From Ardenticatenaceae bacterium (GTDB lineage: Bacteria; Chloroflexota; Anaerolineae; Promineifilales; Promineifilaceae), in the NCBI GenBank assembly GCA_020634375.1, contig JACKBX010000013.1:23127-87126 (forward strand): a DNA stretch of 64,000 nt, read 5' to 3'. Made by a program: the position numbers and the translations under genes. The notes under the pieces are model-generated. The model worked only from the letters and a program-made list of their open reading frames with translations, had not been told where the DNA came from and did not search any database. Shown here piece after piece: positions 38,114 through 52,127 of this stretch (the first letter of the stretch is position 1; each line of letters starts with the position of its first letter).

Positions 38114-38764
38114 TTAAGCGTTTTTCTGGCGAATTTCGAAGCTTATCCCAACAAAAATTAGCAAGAACCCAACGAGCAAAAAGATAAAGAGGAGAACGCC
38201 TGTGCCTGCCCCACCAGAAACGGGTAATAAAACGCGGGCCGAGCTAGCTTTTTGCACGCAGAAATTTACATCGGTAACGACCAGGCTATCCTCATAAACA
38301 GGCGCGTATTGTGTCTCCTCTGAGGTAACAACCCACTCTGAGCCGGGGCGAGCCGTCACAGCCCAATAACTAAGGCCAGCGGCAACCAACCCATATCCAC
38401 CATCCGGGCCAGAGCTTAAGTTGATAACAGTCTGTTCGTCGCTGCTGACAAATTCGATGGGGATATTGGCAACTGGGTTTTCGCCAGAGATATTGGTGTT
38501 GATGCAACGGCCGTCACCATCTACATCTTCGTAAACCATGCCGCGAATCGTGCCGCGTGGTTCAGCCGCACTTGCATGATTTTGGAGTTCTGGTGTAGCT
38601 GTTGGTGGAACGGGGGTTTCTGTTGGTCGGGTAGGCGTATCTTGGGCAATAGGGGCCATTGTAGGCGTAGGGCGCGGCTCCTGAGCAAAAACTGGGGCCA
38701 TTCCCATAAACAAAATAAGTAAAACACCTGAAAAAACTAGTGGGTTTTTGATCTTCTGGAACAT
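38114..38764 (-). CDS. Secreted SdrD-B/Cna-B-like domain protein with an LPxSG-type C-terminal sorting-signal-like anchor
   Basis: Signal peptide ..LILFMGMAPVFAQE, P/T-rich linker, GMVYEDVDGDGRC motif. The C-terminus is LPVSGGAG plus a hydrophobic helix plus RQKNA. Confidence 0.75.
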   Translation of the reverse strand: MFQKIKNPLVFSGVLLILFMGMAPVFAQEPRPTPTMAPIAQDTPTRPTETPVPPTATPELQNHASAAEPRGTIRGMVYEDVDGDGRCINTNISGENPVANIPIEFVSSDEQTVINLSSGPDGGYGLVAAGLSYWAVTARPGSEWVVTSEETQYAPVYEDSLVVTDVNFCVQKASSARVLLPVSGGAGTGVLLFIFLLVGFLLIFVGISFEIRQKNA

Positions 38765-38877
38765 GGTTAACCTCTTGATTTATTATCTGGACACTATATT
38801 ATCAAACATAACATAATATGTCTGATAGTGTACAATTATTTGCCACACGATTCAAGTGATTTGACCAAAAGTACCAG

Positions 38878-40179
38878 TTAGATGGCTATACCTCCCTGTT
38901 CCTCCAGTTGTTTAGCTTGCTTCGAGTGAAAACCCATGAAAATCAACCAAAGTGCGCTCATAACGAGGCCAGTAATGCCAAAAATGGCCGTGGTTTGCCG
39001 CACGCTCAATCCCAAGTTATCTTGGAAAAAACCTGCAAGATAAGTCGAAATTGACTGAGTCAAAGTCAGGACAGCAAATTCAAAAGCAAAAACCCGCCCT
39101 CGAAGAGAATCCGGCACCAACATTTGCAGCAACGCGGCAGAAAACACCCACACCACTCCTGAGCCAACCGTTCTCACCAACGTGGCAAAAGAAAAAATGC
39201 CCAAACTCGGAGAAATACTCAAGCCGAGAATCCCCCCAGAAAGTAAAACAAACCCGACCGCCACCGCCCACAACATACGATGATAAGCATCCCCAAAAAT
39301 CCGTCGGAGAAAAATCGGGCCAATTCCCGTACCCAAGCCACTGATCACGTAAACAATACCCAACGTAACCGAAGCACCCGATTCGATATGCAATCGGTCA
39401 AACCATTTCAGGTCGTTTATGGGGAAAATTTTGTCAGCATAATTGATTTCTAAAACATTAATTGCACCCCAAACCAATGAGCCCGCTCCCTTTGCTAAAC
39501 TAACCCCCATAACAAATGGAACCCCTAACAGATATCGAAACCCGCCGACAAAAGTTAGCCACCCTCGTTCCTGCGCTGGAGCTTCAGTCTCTCGCTGGTA
39601 CTCTAATACAACAATTCGACTAATGCACCAGGCTGAAAAGACAAAAGTGAATGCATCCATTACAAAAGCGGCTGCAATACCCAAAACAGCAGCAACAATC
39701 CCCCCAAGAAAGGCACCCAAAGCCAGCATCGTGCTCCACGTTAAACTATCCAGTGCATTAGCCGTTACCAAATCTTGTCTCTCTACAACATTTGAGAGAA
39801 CGGCCGTGCGTGCAGGAGTAAATAACGCACTCAACGAAAATTGCGTAATAGTCAACAAATAAAGCAACCAGATCCGAGAAGGGGAATTGATTAGCAACAG
39901 CGAAAGAACGGTGCCCGCCCGCAATAAATCAGTAAAAATCATAATATGGCGACGATTAAAACGGTCAGCCAAGACACCCGCAACTGGACTAAAAACAAAC
40001 AACGGCACAAAACGCGCCAAAAACAAATAGCTTACAGCAATACCAGAACCAGAAAGACCAGTAATCAACTGCGCAGAAGCAAGTAAATTAAACCAATCCC
40101 CCAGTTGAGTAATCACACTACCGAGCCATAAAAACCGATAATTCCGATTACTCCGCAATAAGACAATATATTGTTTCAT
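38878..40179 (-). CDS. MFS transporter (EntS/MFS_3-like)
   Basis: About 12 TM helices. N-terminal YRFLWLGSVITQLGDWF and ADRFNRR motifs. Confidence 0.85.
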   Translation of the reverse strand: MKQYIVLLRSNRNYRFLWLGSVITQLGDWFNLLASAQLITGLSGSGIAVSYLFLARFVPLFVFSPVAGVLADRFNRRHIMIFTDLLRAGTVLSLLLINSPSRIWLLYLLTITQFSLSALFTPARTAVLSNVVERQDLVTANALDSLTWSTMLALGAFLGGIVAAVLGIAAAFVMDAFTFVFSAWCISRIVVLEYQRETEAPAQERGWLTFVGGFRYLLGVPFVMGVSLAKGAGSLVWGAINVLEINYADKIFPINDLKWFDRLHIESGASVTLGIVYVISGLGTGIGPIFLRRIFGDAYHRMLWAVAVGFVLLSGGILGLSISPSLGIFSFATLVRTVGSGVVWVFSAALLQMLVPDSLRGRVFAFEFAVLTLTQSISTYLAGFFQDNLGLSVRQTTAIFGITGLVMSALWLIFMGFHSKQAKQLEEQGGIAI

Positions 40180-40216
40180 AAAACTCAGTGGAAGATCCCC
40201 AAAAATAAAAAAAGGC

Positions 40217-40335
40217 CTCTTGGCAATGACCTACTCTCCCAGGGGGTCGCCCCCCAAGTACCATCGGCGCTGACGAGCTTAACTACCGGGTTCGGGATGG
40301 TACCGGGTGTACCCTCGTCGCTCAAATCACCAAGA
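40217..40335 (-). rRNA. rrf: 5S rRNA
   Basis: The reverse complement reads TCTTGGTGATTTGAGCGACGAGGGTACACCCGGTACCATCCCGAACCCGGTAGTTAAGC..GGGAGAGTAGGTCATTGCCAAGAG. A T-run follows. Confidence 0.85.
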
Positions 40336-40417
40336 GACCTTCTCTTAAATCACTATTTGTTAATTTACTATAATAACCAACTACAACCAACTGCCAGAAT
40401 ACCGAGTTCTCCGTACC

Positions 40418-43358
<2,941 letters not shown>

Positions 43359-43545
43359 ACACATGATACGGAGAATTCGATATTCTCGCTTTCTACGTGT
43401 TCTTCAACTTGTGTTCTTTACTATTGGTTGTGTTATTTGGTTATTAAAGTACTTTCAGCAGCTTCTATTGTGTAAGATGCTGATGAGTGCCACATATTCT
43501 TGTAGCACTCATCAATGCCCTACATCCAAATTCTAATCAAGCAAA

Positions 43546-43618
43546 TGGAGATGAGGAGACTCGAACTCCTGACCTCCGCCGTGCAAAGGCGGCGCTCTCC
43601 CAACTGAGCTACATCCCC
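43546..43618 (-). tRNA. tRNA-Ala (anticodon UGC), CCA not encoded
   Basis: Reverse complement: GGGGATGTAGCTCAGTTGGGAGAGCGCCGCCTTTGCACGGCGGAGGTCAGGAGTTCGAGTCTCCTCATCTCCA. Confidence 0.9.
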
Positions 43619-43682
43619 GGAGTTAGAAACAAAGGGTATTGATGCAACCCTCTCCTCTTTTGCCCACTCTAAGCTGTAAACA

Positions 43683-43756
43683 TGGGCCTGGTTGGACTCG
43701 AACCAACGACCTCTCCCTTATCAGAGGAACGCTCTAACCGGCTGAGCTACAGGCCC
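43683..43756 (-). tRNA. tRNA-Ile (anticodon GAU)
   Basis: Reverse complement: GGGCCTGTAGCTCAGCCGGTTAGAGCGTTCCTCTGATAAGGGAGAGGTCGTTGGTTCGAGTCCAACCAGGCCCA. Confidence 0.9.
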
Positions 43757-43867
43757 TCCTTCATACCTTTAAAAACTGAAGAGTGACAGGAAATGCATTA
43801 CCCTATCATCCTATTCGGATGATTGACCTGGGAGTTTGTATTATCTCTCGATAATACGGTACTCCAT

Positions 43868-45372
<1,505 letters not shown>

Positions 45373-45611
45373 GAAAGTTTTTTTCCGTTTGCTAACGGAA
45401 CTACTTTTATCTCTTAATCTTACAGGGTTCCGCTTCCCTGTCACTCTTCAGTTGTTAAAGGTCAATCTATCAAAGTTGCGCTGTCAAATAGGGCACAAAA
45501 AAGAACGGCCCCTTTTACTCGGAGTTACCGCTCTTTGCGATTTGCGCTACTATTATTTTGTAATGATGCCTCGCACTTGTGCGTTCGCATCTTTATCAGC
45601 GACAAGGATTT

Positions 45612-45639
45612 ATTATATCAGGCTCTTTTATATTGTCAA
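45612..45639 (-). promoter_or_regulatory. Candidate rrn promoter
   Basis: On the minus strand: TTGACA (45639-45634), 16-nt spacer, TATAAT (45617-45612). It lies about 235 nt upstream of the 16S 5-prime end. Confidence 0.5.
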
Positions 45640-45902
45640 GAGGAATTTCGCATTTTCGCAAAACTCGTTTTTTTATTTAAGAGCTTCCTTGTGGCTTGTT
45701 TTTAAGCAACAGTGGAGGATTCTAGCATACTCTTCTGTTGTGTCAAGGGCTTTTTTGATTTTGGTCAAAATCAGTTCTGGGGGACTTGATTTTAGGTATA
45801 CTAAATGTCCAATGCACACCTCTAATAAAAGTGTTCTGATATAATGTAGAGGCTCACTTTGTTTGGGGTGTCTCTCAAGGTAAAAAGCGAGTATGACATT
45901 AT

Positions 45903-46256
45903 ATGGAGTTGGTAATGGAGATAGTAATTGAATCTCTGAAAGATATACGGATCGCTTCGATAACTGGTGAAATAAATAGCCGTACTACATCTCAAATTGA
46001 GGCTGATATTCTTCCGCTCATAACACCGAATTGTAAACTTTTGTTGAATATGCGTCATGTGACATATATGTCGAGTGCTGGTTTAAGGATTTTATTGCTG
46101 CTATATAGGCAGATCAACGATCAATCCGGGCAGGTTGTGTTAGTTGGGTTGCAAGATATGATTCGAGATACGATGGCAATTACCGGCTTTTTGGATTTTT
46201 TTCAGGATTATCAAACGATTGAAGAAGGATTGGGAGCATTAGCCAATTGGTCATGA
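45903..46256 (+). CDS. STAS-domain anti-sigma-factor antagonist (SpoIIAA/RsbV-like)
   Basis: ..LLLNMRHVTYMSSAGLRILLLL..GQVVLVGL....R....ITGF has the conserved phosphorylatable Ser context (MSSAGL). Confidence 0.8.
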   Translation: MELVMEIVIESLKDIRIASITGEINSRTTSQIEADILPLITPNCKLLLNMRHVTYMSSAGLRILLLLYRQINDQSGQVVLVGLQDMIRDTMAITGFLDFFQDYQTIEEGLGALANWS

Positions 46257-48364
46257 AACGAGTTGATTTTTATCCTACACATAGACACGGTGATTTTTTA
46301 CTGCGTGCAGGACGGCCGTATCCGTTCGGCGCGTCTTTTGTTCCGGGGGGTGTGAATTTTGCTATTTTCTCGCGTTACGCATCAGTTTGTGCCCTTGTGC
46401 TTTTCGAGAAAGGTGAACTTCAGCCACTGGTAGAAATCCCTTTCCCTACTGAGTTTCAGATTGGGCATGTCTTTGCCATGATTGTTTTCGATCTAGATTA
46501 CGAAAACATCGAATATGGCTACCGTATGGATGGCTTATATCGCCCTCATGAAGGACACCATTTTAACCAGGAAACGATTTTATTAGACCCATATGCGCGT
46601 GCGGTGAACGGCCGTTCCCAATGGGCCGCACAACCAACACCAAACAACCCCTACCCCCACCGTGCATTATTACCATACGATGATTTTGATTGGGTCGATG
46701 ACCATCCCCTCGAAAAACCTCCTGAAGACCTAATTGTCTACGAGATGCATGTGCGTGGGTTCACGCGCCATCCTTCAAGCGGAGCGAAGTACGCGGGTAC
46801 CTTTGCTGCTATTCGGGAAAAGATCCCTTATTTGAAGGACTTGGGTGTTAACTGCATTGAACTCATGCCGATTTTTGAATTCGACGAACTTGAAAATAAA
46901 TTCATTAGCCCACTCACTGGCGCTCCTCTTGTGCAGTATTGGGGGTATGACTCCATCAACTTTTTTGCACCCAAAGCCGGATATGCAGCCACAGGCCGTT
47001 ATGGTATGCAAATGGATGAATTCAAAGCCCTGGTGAAGGAACTGCATAAGCATGATATTGAGGTGTTTCTGGATGTGGCCTTCAATCACACAGGAGAAGG
47101 TGGGGAAGACGGCCGTACCATTTCCTATCGTGGCATAGACAACAAAACTTACTACATGTTGCGCCCCGATGGCAGCTACCAAAACTTTAGCGGCTGTGGT
47201 AACACTATGAACTGTAATAACCCTGTTGTCCGCAATATGGTTTTGGACTGTTTGCGTTATTGGGTGGCAGAATATCACATTGATGGCTTTCGCTTTGACC
47301 TCGCCTCCATTTTGGGGCGCGACAGCGCGGGACGACCTCTTGCTAACCCTCCCCTATTAGAAGCGATGGCCCACGATCCCGTCTTGGGCAAAACTAAACT
47401 TATTGCCGAAGCCTGGGATGCTGCTGGCCTTTATCAAGTTGGCAGTTTTCCCGCATACGGCCGTTGGGGAGAGTGGAATGGCAAATACCGCGACTGCTTG
47501 CGGCGATTCCTAAAAGGAGACGAAGGGCAGGTAGCGGAAATCGCTCAACGCATACAAGGCTCACCTGACCTATATACGGGGCGCGGCACAACCGCTTCCA
47601 TCAATTTCGTTACAGCTCACGACGGCTTCACATTGGCCGACCTATTCTCCTACAACGAAAAGCATAATCTTGCCAATGGTGAAGACAACCACGACGGGCA
47701 AAACGACAATTACAGTTGGAACTGCGGTTGGGAAGGCTCGACCGATAACCCAGAAATTAATGCCTTGCGGCAGCGCATGATCAAAAATGCCATCGCCATT
47801 TTGCTGGTTAGCCAGGGCGTGCCCATGATTCTCATGGGGGATGAAGTCGGTCACACAAAAAACGGCAACAACAACACCTACGGTCACGATAACGAACTCA
47901 ACTGGTTTGATTGGACACGCTTAGAAAGCAATGCCGAGTTATACCGCTTCTTTAGAAATTGCATAACCTTCCGCAAGGTTCACACTGCCTTGCGAAATCA
48001 GGCTCATTTTCGTCATGAGGATTATGTAGGCAGTGGCTACCCAGATATTTCCTTTCACGGTGTAGAGGCATGGCAACCCGATTGGGCTTATCACAGCCAC
48101 ACACTTGCTTTTATGTTAGATGGCGAACATGCTCGGGGTGGGCTTGAACCGGATGATACAATATATGTAGCGATGAACATGCATTGGGAAGATCATCAGT
48201 TCTCGTTACCACGTCTGCCCGTGCATCAGAAGTGGCACACGTTTGTCAACACGAGCGTGCCCCATCCAAATGATATTTGCACACCAGACAAAGAACCTGT
48301 ACTGGCTAATCAGAAACATCTACTCATTGCTGCGCGATCTGTGGTTATCCTCGTAGGCCGGTAA
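46253..48364 (+). CDS. glgX: Glycogen debranching enzyme GlgX (isoamylase-type GH13)
   Basis: YPFGASF..GGVNFAIFS, YEMHVRGFT, YWGYD, DVAFNHTGEG, GFRFDLASILGR, IAEAWDA, FVTAHDGFTL and MGDEVGHTKNGNNNTY. Its ATG overlaps the STAS stop (ATGA at 46253-46256). Confidence 0.9.
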   Translation: MKRVDFYPTHRHGDFLLRAGRPYPFGASFVPGGVNFAIFSRYASVCALVLFEKGELQPLVEIPFPTEFQIGHVFAMIVFDLDYENIEYGYRMDGLYRPHEGHHFNQETILLDPYARAVNGRSQWAAQPTPNNPYPHRALLPYDDFDWVDDHPLEKPPEDLIVYEMHVRGFTRHPSSGAKYAGTFAAIREKIPYLKDLGVNCIELMPIFEFDELENKFISPLTGAPLVQYWGYDSINFFAPKAGYAATGRYGMQMDEFKALVKELHKHDIEVFLDVAFNHTGEGGEDGRTISYRGIDNKTYYMLRPDGSYQNFSGCGNTMNCNNPVVRNMVLDCLRYWVAEYHIDGFRFDLASILGRDSAGRPLANPPLLEAMAHDPVLGKTKLIAEAWDAAGLYQVGSFPAYGRWGEWNGKYRDCLRRFLKGDEGQVAEIAQRIQGSPDLYTGRGTTASINFVTAHDGFTLADLFSYNEKHNLANGEDNHDGQNDNYSWNCGWEGSTDNPEINALRQRMIKNAIAILLVSQGVPMILMGDEVGHTKNGNNNTYGHDNELNWFDWTRLESNAELYRFFRNCITFRKVHTALRNQAHFRHEDYVGSGYPDISFHGVEAWQPDWAYHSHTLAFMLDGEHARGGLEPDDTIYVAMNMHWEDHQFSLPRLPVHQKWHTFVNTSVPHPNDICTPDKEPVLANQKHLLIAARSVVILVGR

Positions 48365-48385
48365 ATGAGAAGGAAGGATTGCAAG

Positions 48386-48811
48386 ATGAAACCGTTAACG
48401 ATTCCCGGTAAATTGGAATCGCTGGATTCGGTAACAAGTTATGTACTGCAAGCTGCGACACGTGCCGGTTTGGACTATCGGGCCAGTTATCGTCTGCGCC
48501 TGGCAGTGGATGAAATTACAACAAATATCATTTTGCATGGATTAGACGATGAGCAAGCGGCTGGAACGATTACGATGTCGGCCGAAATGGATGAAGCCTA
48601 TCTGACCATTCACATTGAAGATACGGGTACAGGGTATAACCCTTATGAAGCTCTGCCCCCAGATAAGATGTGGGGACCAATAGAAACACGAAGATTGGGA
48701 GGATGGGGCATTTATTTAGCCATGTGGGGGGTTGATCAATATCATTATTCGCGGATACGGGAATGTAACCGCAGCACACTTAAGGTGCAACGGCCGTGTA
48801 AGTATCATTGA
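48386..48811 (+). CDS. Anti-sigma regulatory factor / Ser-Thr protein kinase (RsbW/SpoIIAB-like HATPase). An alternative start at 48365 abuts the glgX stop.
   Basis: N-box VDEITTNIILHG, G1 EDTGTGYNP, G2 GGWGIYL. GAAGGAAGGA RBS before 48386. Confidence 0.8.
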   Translation: MKPLTIPGKLESLDSVTSYVLQAATRAGLDYRASYRLRLAVDEITTNIILHGLDDEQAAGTITMSAEMDEAYLTIHIEDTGTGYNPYEALPPDKMWGPIETRRLGGWGIYLAMWGVDQYHYSRIRECNRSTLKVQRPCKYH

Positions 48812-48851
48812 AAGCGAGTCCTCATACCTTCTTTGAAAAGGTGTTTTAAGA

Positions 48852-50654
48852 ATGACAATGCACACAACCCACCTATTCGTTGTTGATCCCGATGAGGAGC
48901 GACTTACTAAACTGATAAAGTTGTTAGATGAATGCGGCTATACAGCACAAACAACGGCCGTTCCTGAACACATCCTCTCCCTGCCAGAACCAAACACAAT
49001 AGACATCGTTTTTCTCCACATCACAGAAGCAGCAGAAAATAATTTTGCACTACTGCGGCAATTCCAGGCTCATGCCGAGCTGCGCCACCTGCCCATCATC
49101 ATTTACGGAATCAAAGATGACCTGATCGACATGGACCATGCCATTGCAGCCGGGGCGACAGATTATCTGACCTTACCCACAACGGCCGTTCTCCTCAAAA
49201 CCCGCGTTCGTACCAGCTTAGAAAAGCGCCTCTTCGCCGAACAAGCCACCTGGTATCTGCGCGAATTCAACGAAATGGAAAAGCTGGCCGATGATCTGCG
49301 GCTAAAAATCTTACCGTTAGGCATTGCCCTTTCTACCGAGAAAAATTTCGATCATCTACTAGAACAAATCGTGATCGAAGCCATGACCATCTGCAATGCC
49401 GACATGGGCGCATTATATTTGCGCACAGAAGATGACTATCTGCGTTCCGCCATCATGCGCACAAACTCGTTAAATTTATTCTACGGTGGCAGCACAGGCA
49501 CAGAAGTCCCTGCCCTCCCCCTTCCCCTTTACAACCAGGACGGTCAACCCAATCACAGCGACGCGATGACCTACGCCATTCTGGCCCATGAAACCGTCAA
49601 CATTGCCAATATATATAATGTAGGGCGCTTCAATTTTTCCAACACAAAAAAGTTTGATCAAACACACCAATATCGCACCGTATCTTGCCTCACCGTCCCC
49701 TTGTTGAATCACAGAGCAATTGGCGTATTACAACTATGCAACACCCGTGACGAACAAGGCAGTTACGTGCCATTTCAAGCGTATCATCAACTTGTAGCTG
49801 AATCCCTGGCATCGCAGGCAACCGTCGTGCTGCACAACCACATCCTCTCAAAACGACATGAGGAATTGCTGGGGTATCAACGAGAATTAGAAATTGCTCG
49901 CCGGTTGCAAGAAGGATTCTTGCCTAAAGAACTCCCTCAATTGCCCAATTGGGAATTGGCGGCACGACTGCAACCGGCACGCATTGTATCCGGTGATTTT
50001 TATGATGTCCTGACGCTGCCAGACGGCCGTATTGCCCTTGTGATAGCAGACGTATGTGACAAAGGAGTAGTAGCCGCCCTGTTCATGGCTCTGATACGCA
50101 GCCTACTGCGTGCCTATTTGCAGCAGTATTACTTCTTGCTAGAGCAATCCACGATAGGCTCCCCCCAACCCTTTCCAAACCCCGCCGCGGCACTCACCAA
50201 TACAACCAGTTTAACGAACAGCTACATTGCACAGCAGCATAGTCAAAATCATATGTTTGCCACCCTGTTTTTTGGCATTCTTGATTTAGACAGCAGTTCA
50301 TTAACCTATGTCAATGCCGGACACAACCCCCCCCTCCTCTTAAAATCAGACGGCCGTATCCTAACACTTGGTTCAACAGGCCCAGCCGTTGGGCTGCAAG
50401 CCGAAGCTCTCTACCACGCAAAAGCCCTGACTTTGGAGCCGGGTGATTTACTTTTTGCCTATACAGACGGCATCATTGATGCCCGCGACCCGGAAAAACG
50501 CTTTTTCACCCTGGAACGATTAAAAGGGCTGCTCAAAAATAATGGGGAACCTGTAGACGTGCTGCTCAACAACATCGAAACGGCCGTCCACAACTACATC
50601 GACGGCACAGGCCAATTTGATGACATCACCATGCTCGCCCTCAAACGCCAATAA
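48852..50654 (+). CDS. Receiver-like domain, GAF and PP2C (SpoIIE/RsbU-type) phosphatase
   Basis: N-terminal CheY-like fold, a central GAF-like region (MGALYLRT..), and the C-terminal PPM motifs SGDFYDV, ADVCDKGVVAALFMA, NAGHNPP, YTDGIIDA and DDITMLAL. Confidence 0.85.
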   Translation: MTMHTTHLFVVDPDEERLTKLIKLLDECGYTAQTTAVPEHILSLPEPNTIDIVFLHITEAAENNFALLRQFQAHAELRHLPIIIYGIKDDLIDMDHAIAAGATDYLTLPTTAVLLKTRVRTSLEKRLFAEQATWYLREFNEMEKLADDLRLKILPLGIALSTEKNFDHLLEQIVIEAMTICNADMGALYLRTEDDYLRSAIMRTNSLNLFYGGSTGTEVPALPLPLYNQDGQPNHSDAMTYAILAHETVNIANIYNVGRFNFSNTKKFDQTHQYRTVSCLTVPLLNHRAIGVLQLCNTRDEQGSYVPFQAYHQLVAESLASQATVVLHNHILSKRHEELLGYQRELEIARRLQEGFLPKELPQLPNWELAARLQPARIVSGDFYDVLTLPDGRIALVIADVCDKGVVAALFMALIRSLLRAYLQQYYFLLEQSTIGSPQPFPNPAAALTNTTSLTNSYIAQQHSQNHMFATLFFGILDLDSSSLTYVNAGHNPPLLLKSDGRILTLGSTGPAVGLQAEALYHAKALTLEPGDLLFAYTDGIIDARDPEKRFFTLERLKGLLKNNGEPVDVLLNNIETAVHNYIDGTGQFDDITMLALKRQ

Positions 50655-50667
50655 CCAGCTCCCCATC

Positions 50668-51186
50668 TCAAATCGGAAAAATCAAACAAGTCGTCGTGCC
50701 GTGTGCGGCTAATTTCCCATCGCCATCGATTAAATACCCTTCTGCCGTTGCCACACGCCGCCCTACGCTGATCACCTTCCCCTCTGCCCGCACCAACCCG
50801 GACTTTTCGGTTAACGGCCGTACAAAATTCACCTTAATCTCCACCGACGTATACCCCAGCCCTGCCGCCAGCGTCGTATGCACGGCGCAGGCCATCGCCG
50901 AATCCAACAACGTAGCGATATACCCCCCATGCACCGTGCCCAACGGATTGTAATGGCGCAAATCCGGCGTACCTGCAAACACCACCCGCCCTTCTTCCAC
51001 CTCCACCAGGCTAAAATCCAGCGTTTGCGCAATGGGCGCTGGCGGGAAACGGCCGTCCAACAACCGCCGAAACACCTCAATCCCCGATAGCTCCCGCATC
51101 TCCGCCAACGGTATCAACTGAAAACCCTCTGCCATTTTCACTGCAACCTCCATCAAATTTCTCCCCACCATACCCCACCAATTCAC
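50668..51186 (-). CDS. PaaI/hotdog-fold thioesterase. The true start is probably internal, near 51135-51153.
   Basis: ..PLGTVHGGYIATLLDSAMACAV.. and ..EGKVISVGRRVATAEG.L.. are typical PaaI-family motifs. Confidence 0.75.
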   Translation of the reverse strand: MNWWGMVGRNLMEVAVKMAEGFQLIPLAEMRELSGIEVFRRLLDGRFPPAPIAQTLDFSLVEVEEGRVVFAGTPDLRHYNPLGTVHGGYIATLLDSAMACAVHTTLAAGLGYTSVEIKVNFVRPLTEKSGLVRAEGKVISVGRRVATAEGYLIDGDGKLAAHGTTTCLIFPI

Positions 51187-51229
51187 AATTTACAATTGAC
51201 AATTAACAATTGACCATTGACAATTCCCC
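51181..51229. repeat. Heptamer tandem repeat (ATTNACA x7)
   Basis: ATTCACA ATTTACA ATTGACA ATTAACA ATTGACC ATTGACA ATTCCCC, in the divergent intergenic region. Confidence 0.7.
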
Positions 51230-51230
51230 C

Positions 51231-52127
51231 ATGTTTTTCCGCTTCAACCATCAAACCCGCCTCAAACTACTTCTATTGCCTTACCTGCTTGGCATCCTCA
51301 TCCTCGTCATCATTCCCGCCATTCTCTCCTTCTCACTCGCCTTCTTCCGCTACGATGCGCTCTCTCCTCCCCAATACATCGGCAATCTGAACTTTATCCT
51401 TGCCTACACCGACGAGCTTTTTGCCCTCAGCGTGCAGAATGCTGTTGCCCTGGTGCTGTTACCCGTGCCCCTGCGCGTGATGGGGGCGTTTTTATTGGCG
51501 AGATTGTTGCAGCGACACGGCCGTTTCCTCAACACATTCCGCGCCGCCATCTACCTGCCCAGCATCATCCCCACCGCCGCCTACGCCCTCGCCTGGCTGT
51601 GGATTCTCAACCCCCTTTTCGGCCCCGTCAACCTCATCCTCAAAGCTGTTGGCCTCAATGCCCCCGCCTGGTTCAGCGATCCCCAATGGGCTAAACCCGG
51701 CCTCATCCTCATGTCCCTCTGGCAAATCGGTGAGGGCTTCCTCGTCAGCCTCGCCGCTTTACAGGACATTCCCGCCAACCTGGAAGATGCCGCCGCGCTG
51801 GATGGCGCAACCCCGGCACAATTTCTACGCCACGTCACCTTACCCATCATGGCCCCCATTCTGCTCCTCCTTAGCTTCCGCGACGCCGTCATCACCCTGC
51901 AAGATTCTTTTACCACCATCCTCATCACCACTGGCGGCGGCCCCTACTACACGACCTATACTTTGCCCCTTTTCATCTACGAACAGGGCTTCGACCTCCT
52001 CTCCTTTGGCACGGCCAGCGCGGCCCTGTGGGTGATGTACGCCCTCACCGGCCTCATCGTCCTCTTCCTCTACATCATCGCCCGCCAATGGAACATAGGA
52101 ACCACCGATGAAACCTTCGTCATTTAA
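51231..52127 (+). CDS. Carbohydrate ABC transporter permease (MalF/CUT1-like)
   Basis: Six TM helices and an EAA-like loop (DAAALDGATPAQFLRHVTLP). The start is set at the ATG after the heptamer repeat. Confidence 0.85.
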   Translation: MFFRFNHQTRLKLLLLPYLLGILILVIIPAILSFSLAFFRYDALSPPQYIGNLNFILAYTDELFALSVQNAVALVLLPVPLRVMGAFLLARLLQRHGRFLNTFRAAIYLPSIIPTAAYALAWLWILNPLFGPVNLILKAVGLNAPAWFSDPQWAKPGLILMSLWQIGEGFLVSLAALQDIPANLEDAAALDGATPAQFLRHVTLPIMAPILLLLSFRDAVITLQDSFTTILITTGGGPYYTTYTLPLFIYEQGFDLLSFGTASAALWVMYALTGLIVLFLYIIARQWNIGTTDETFVI

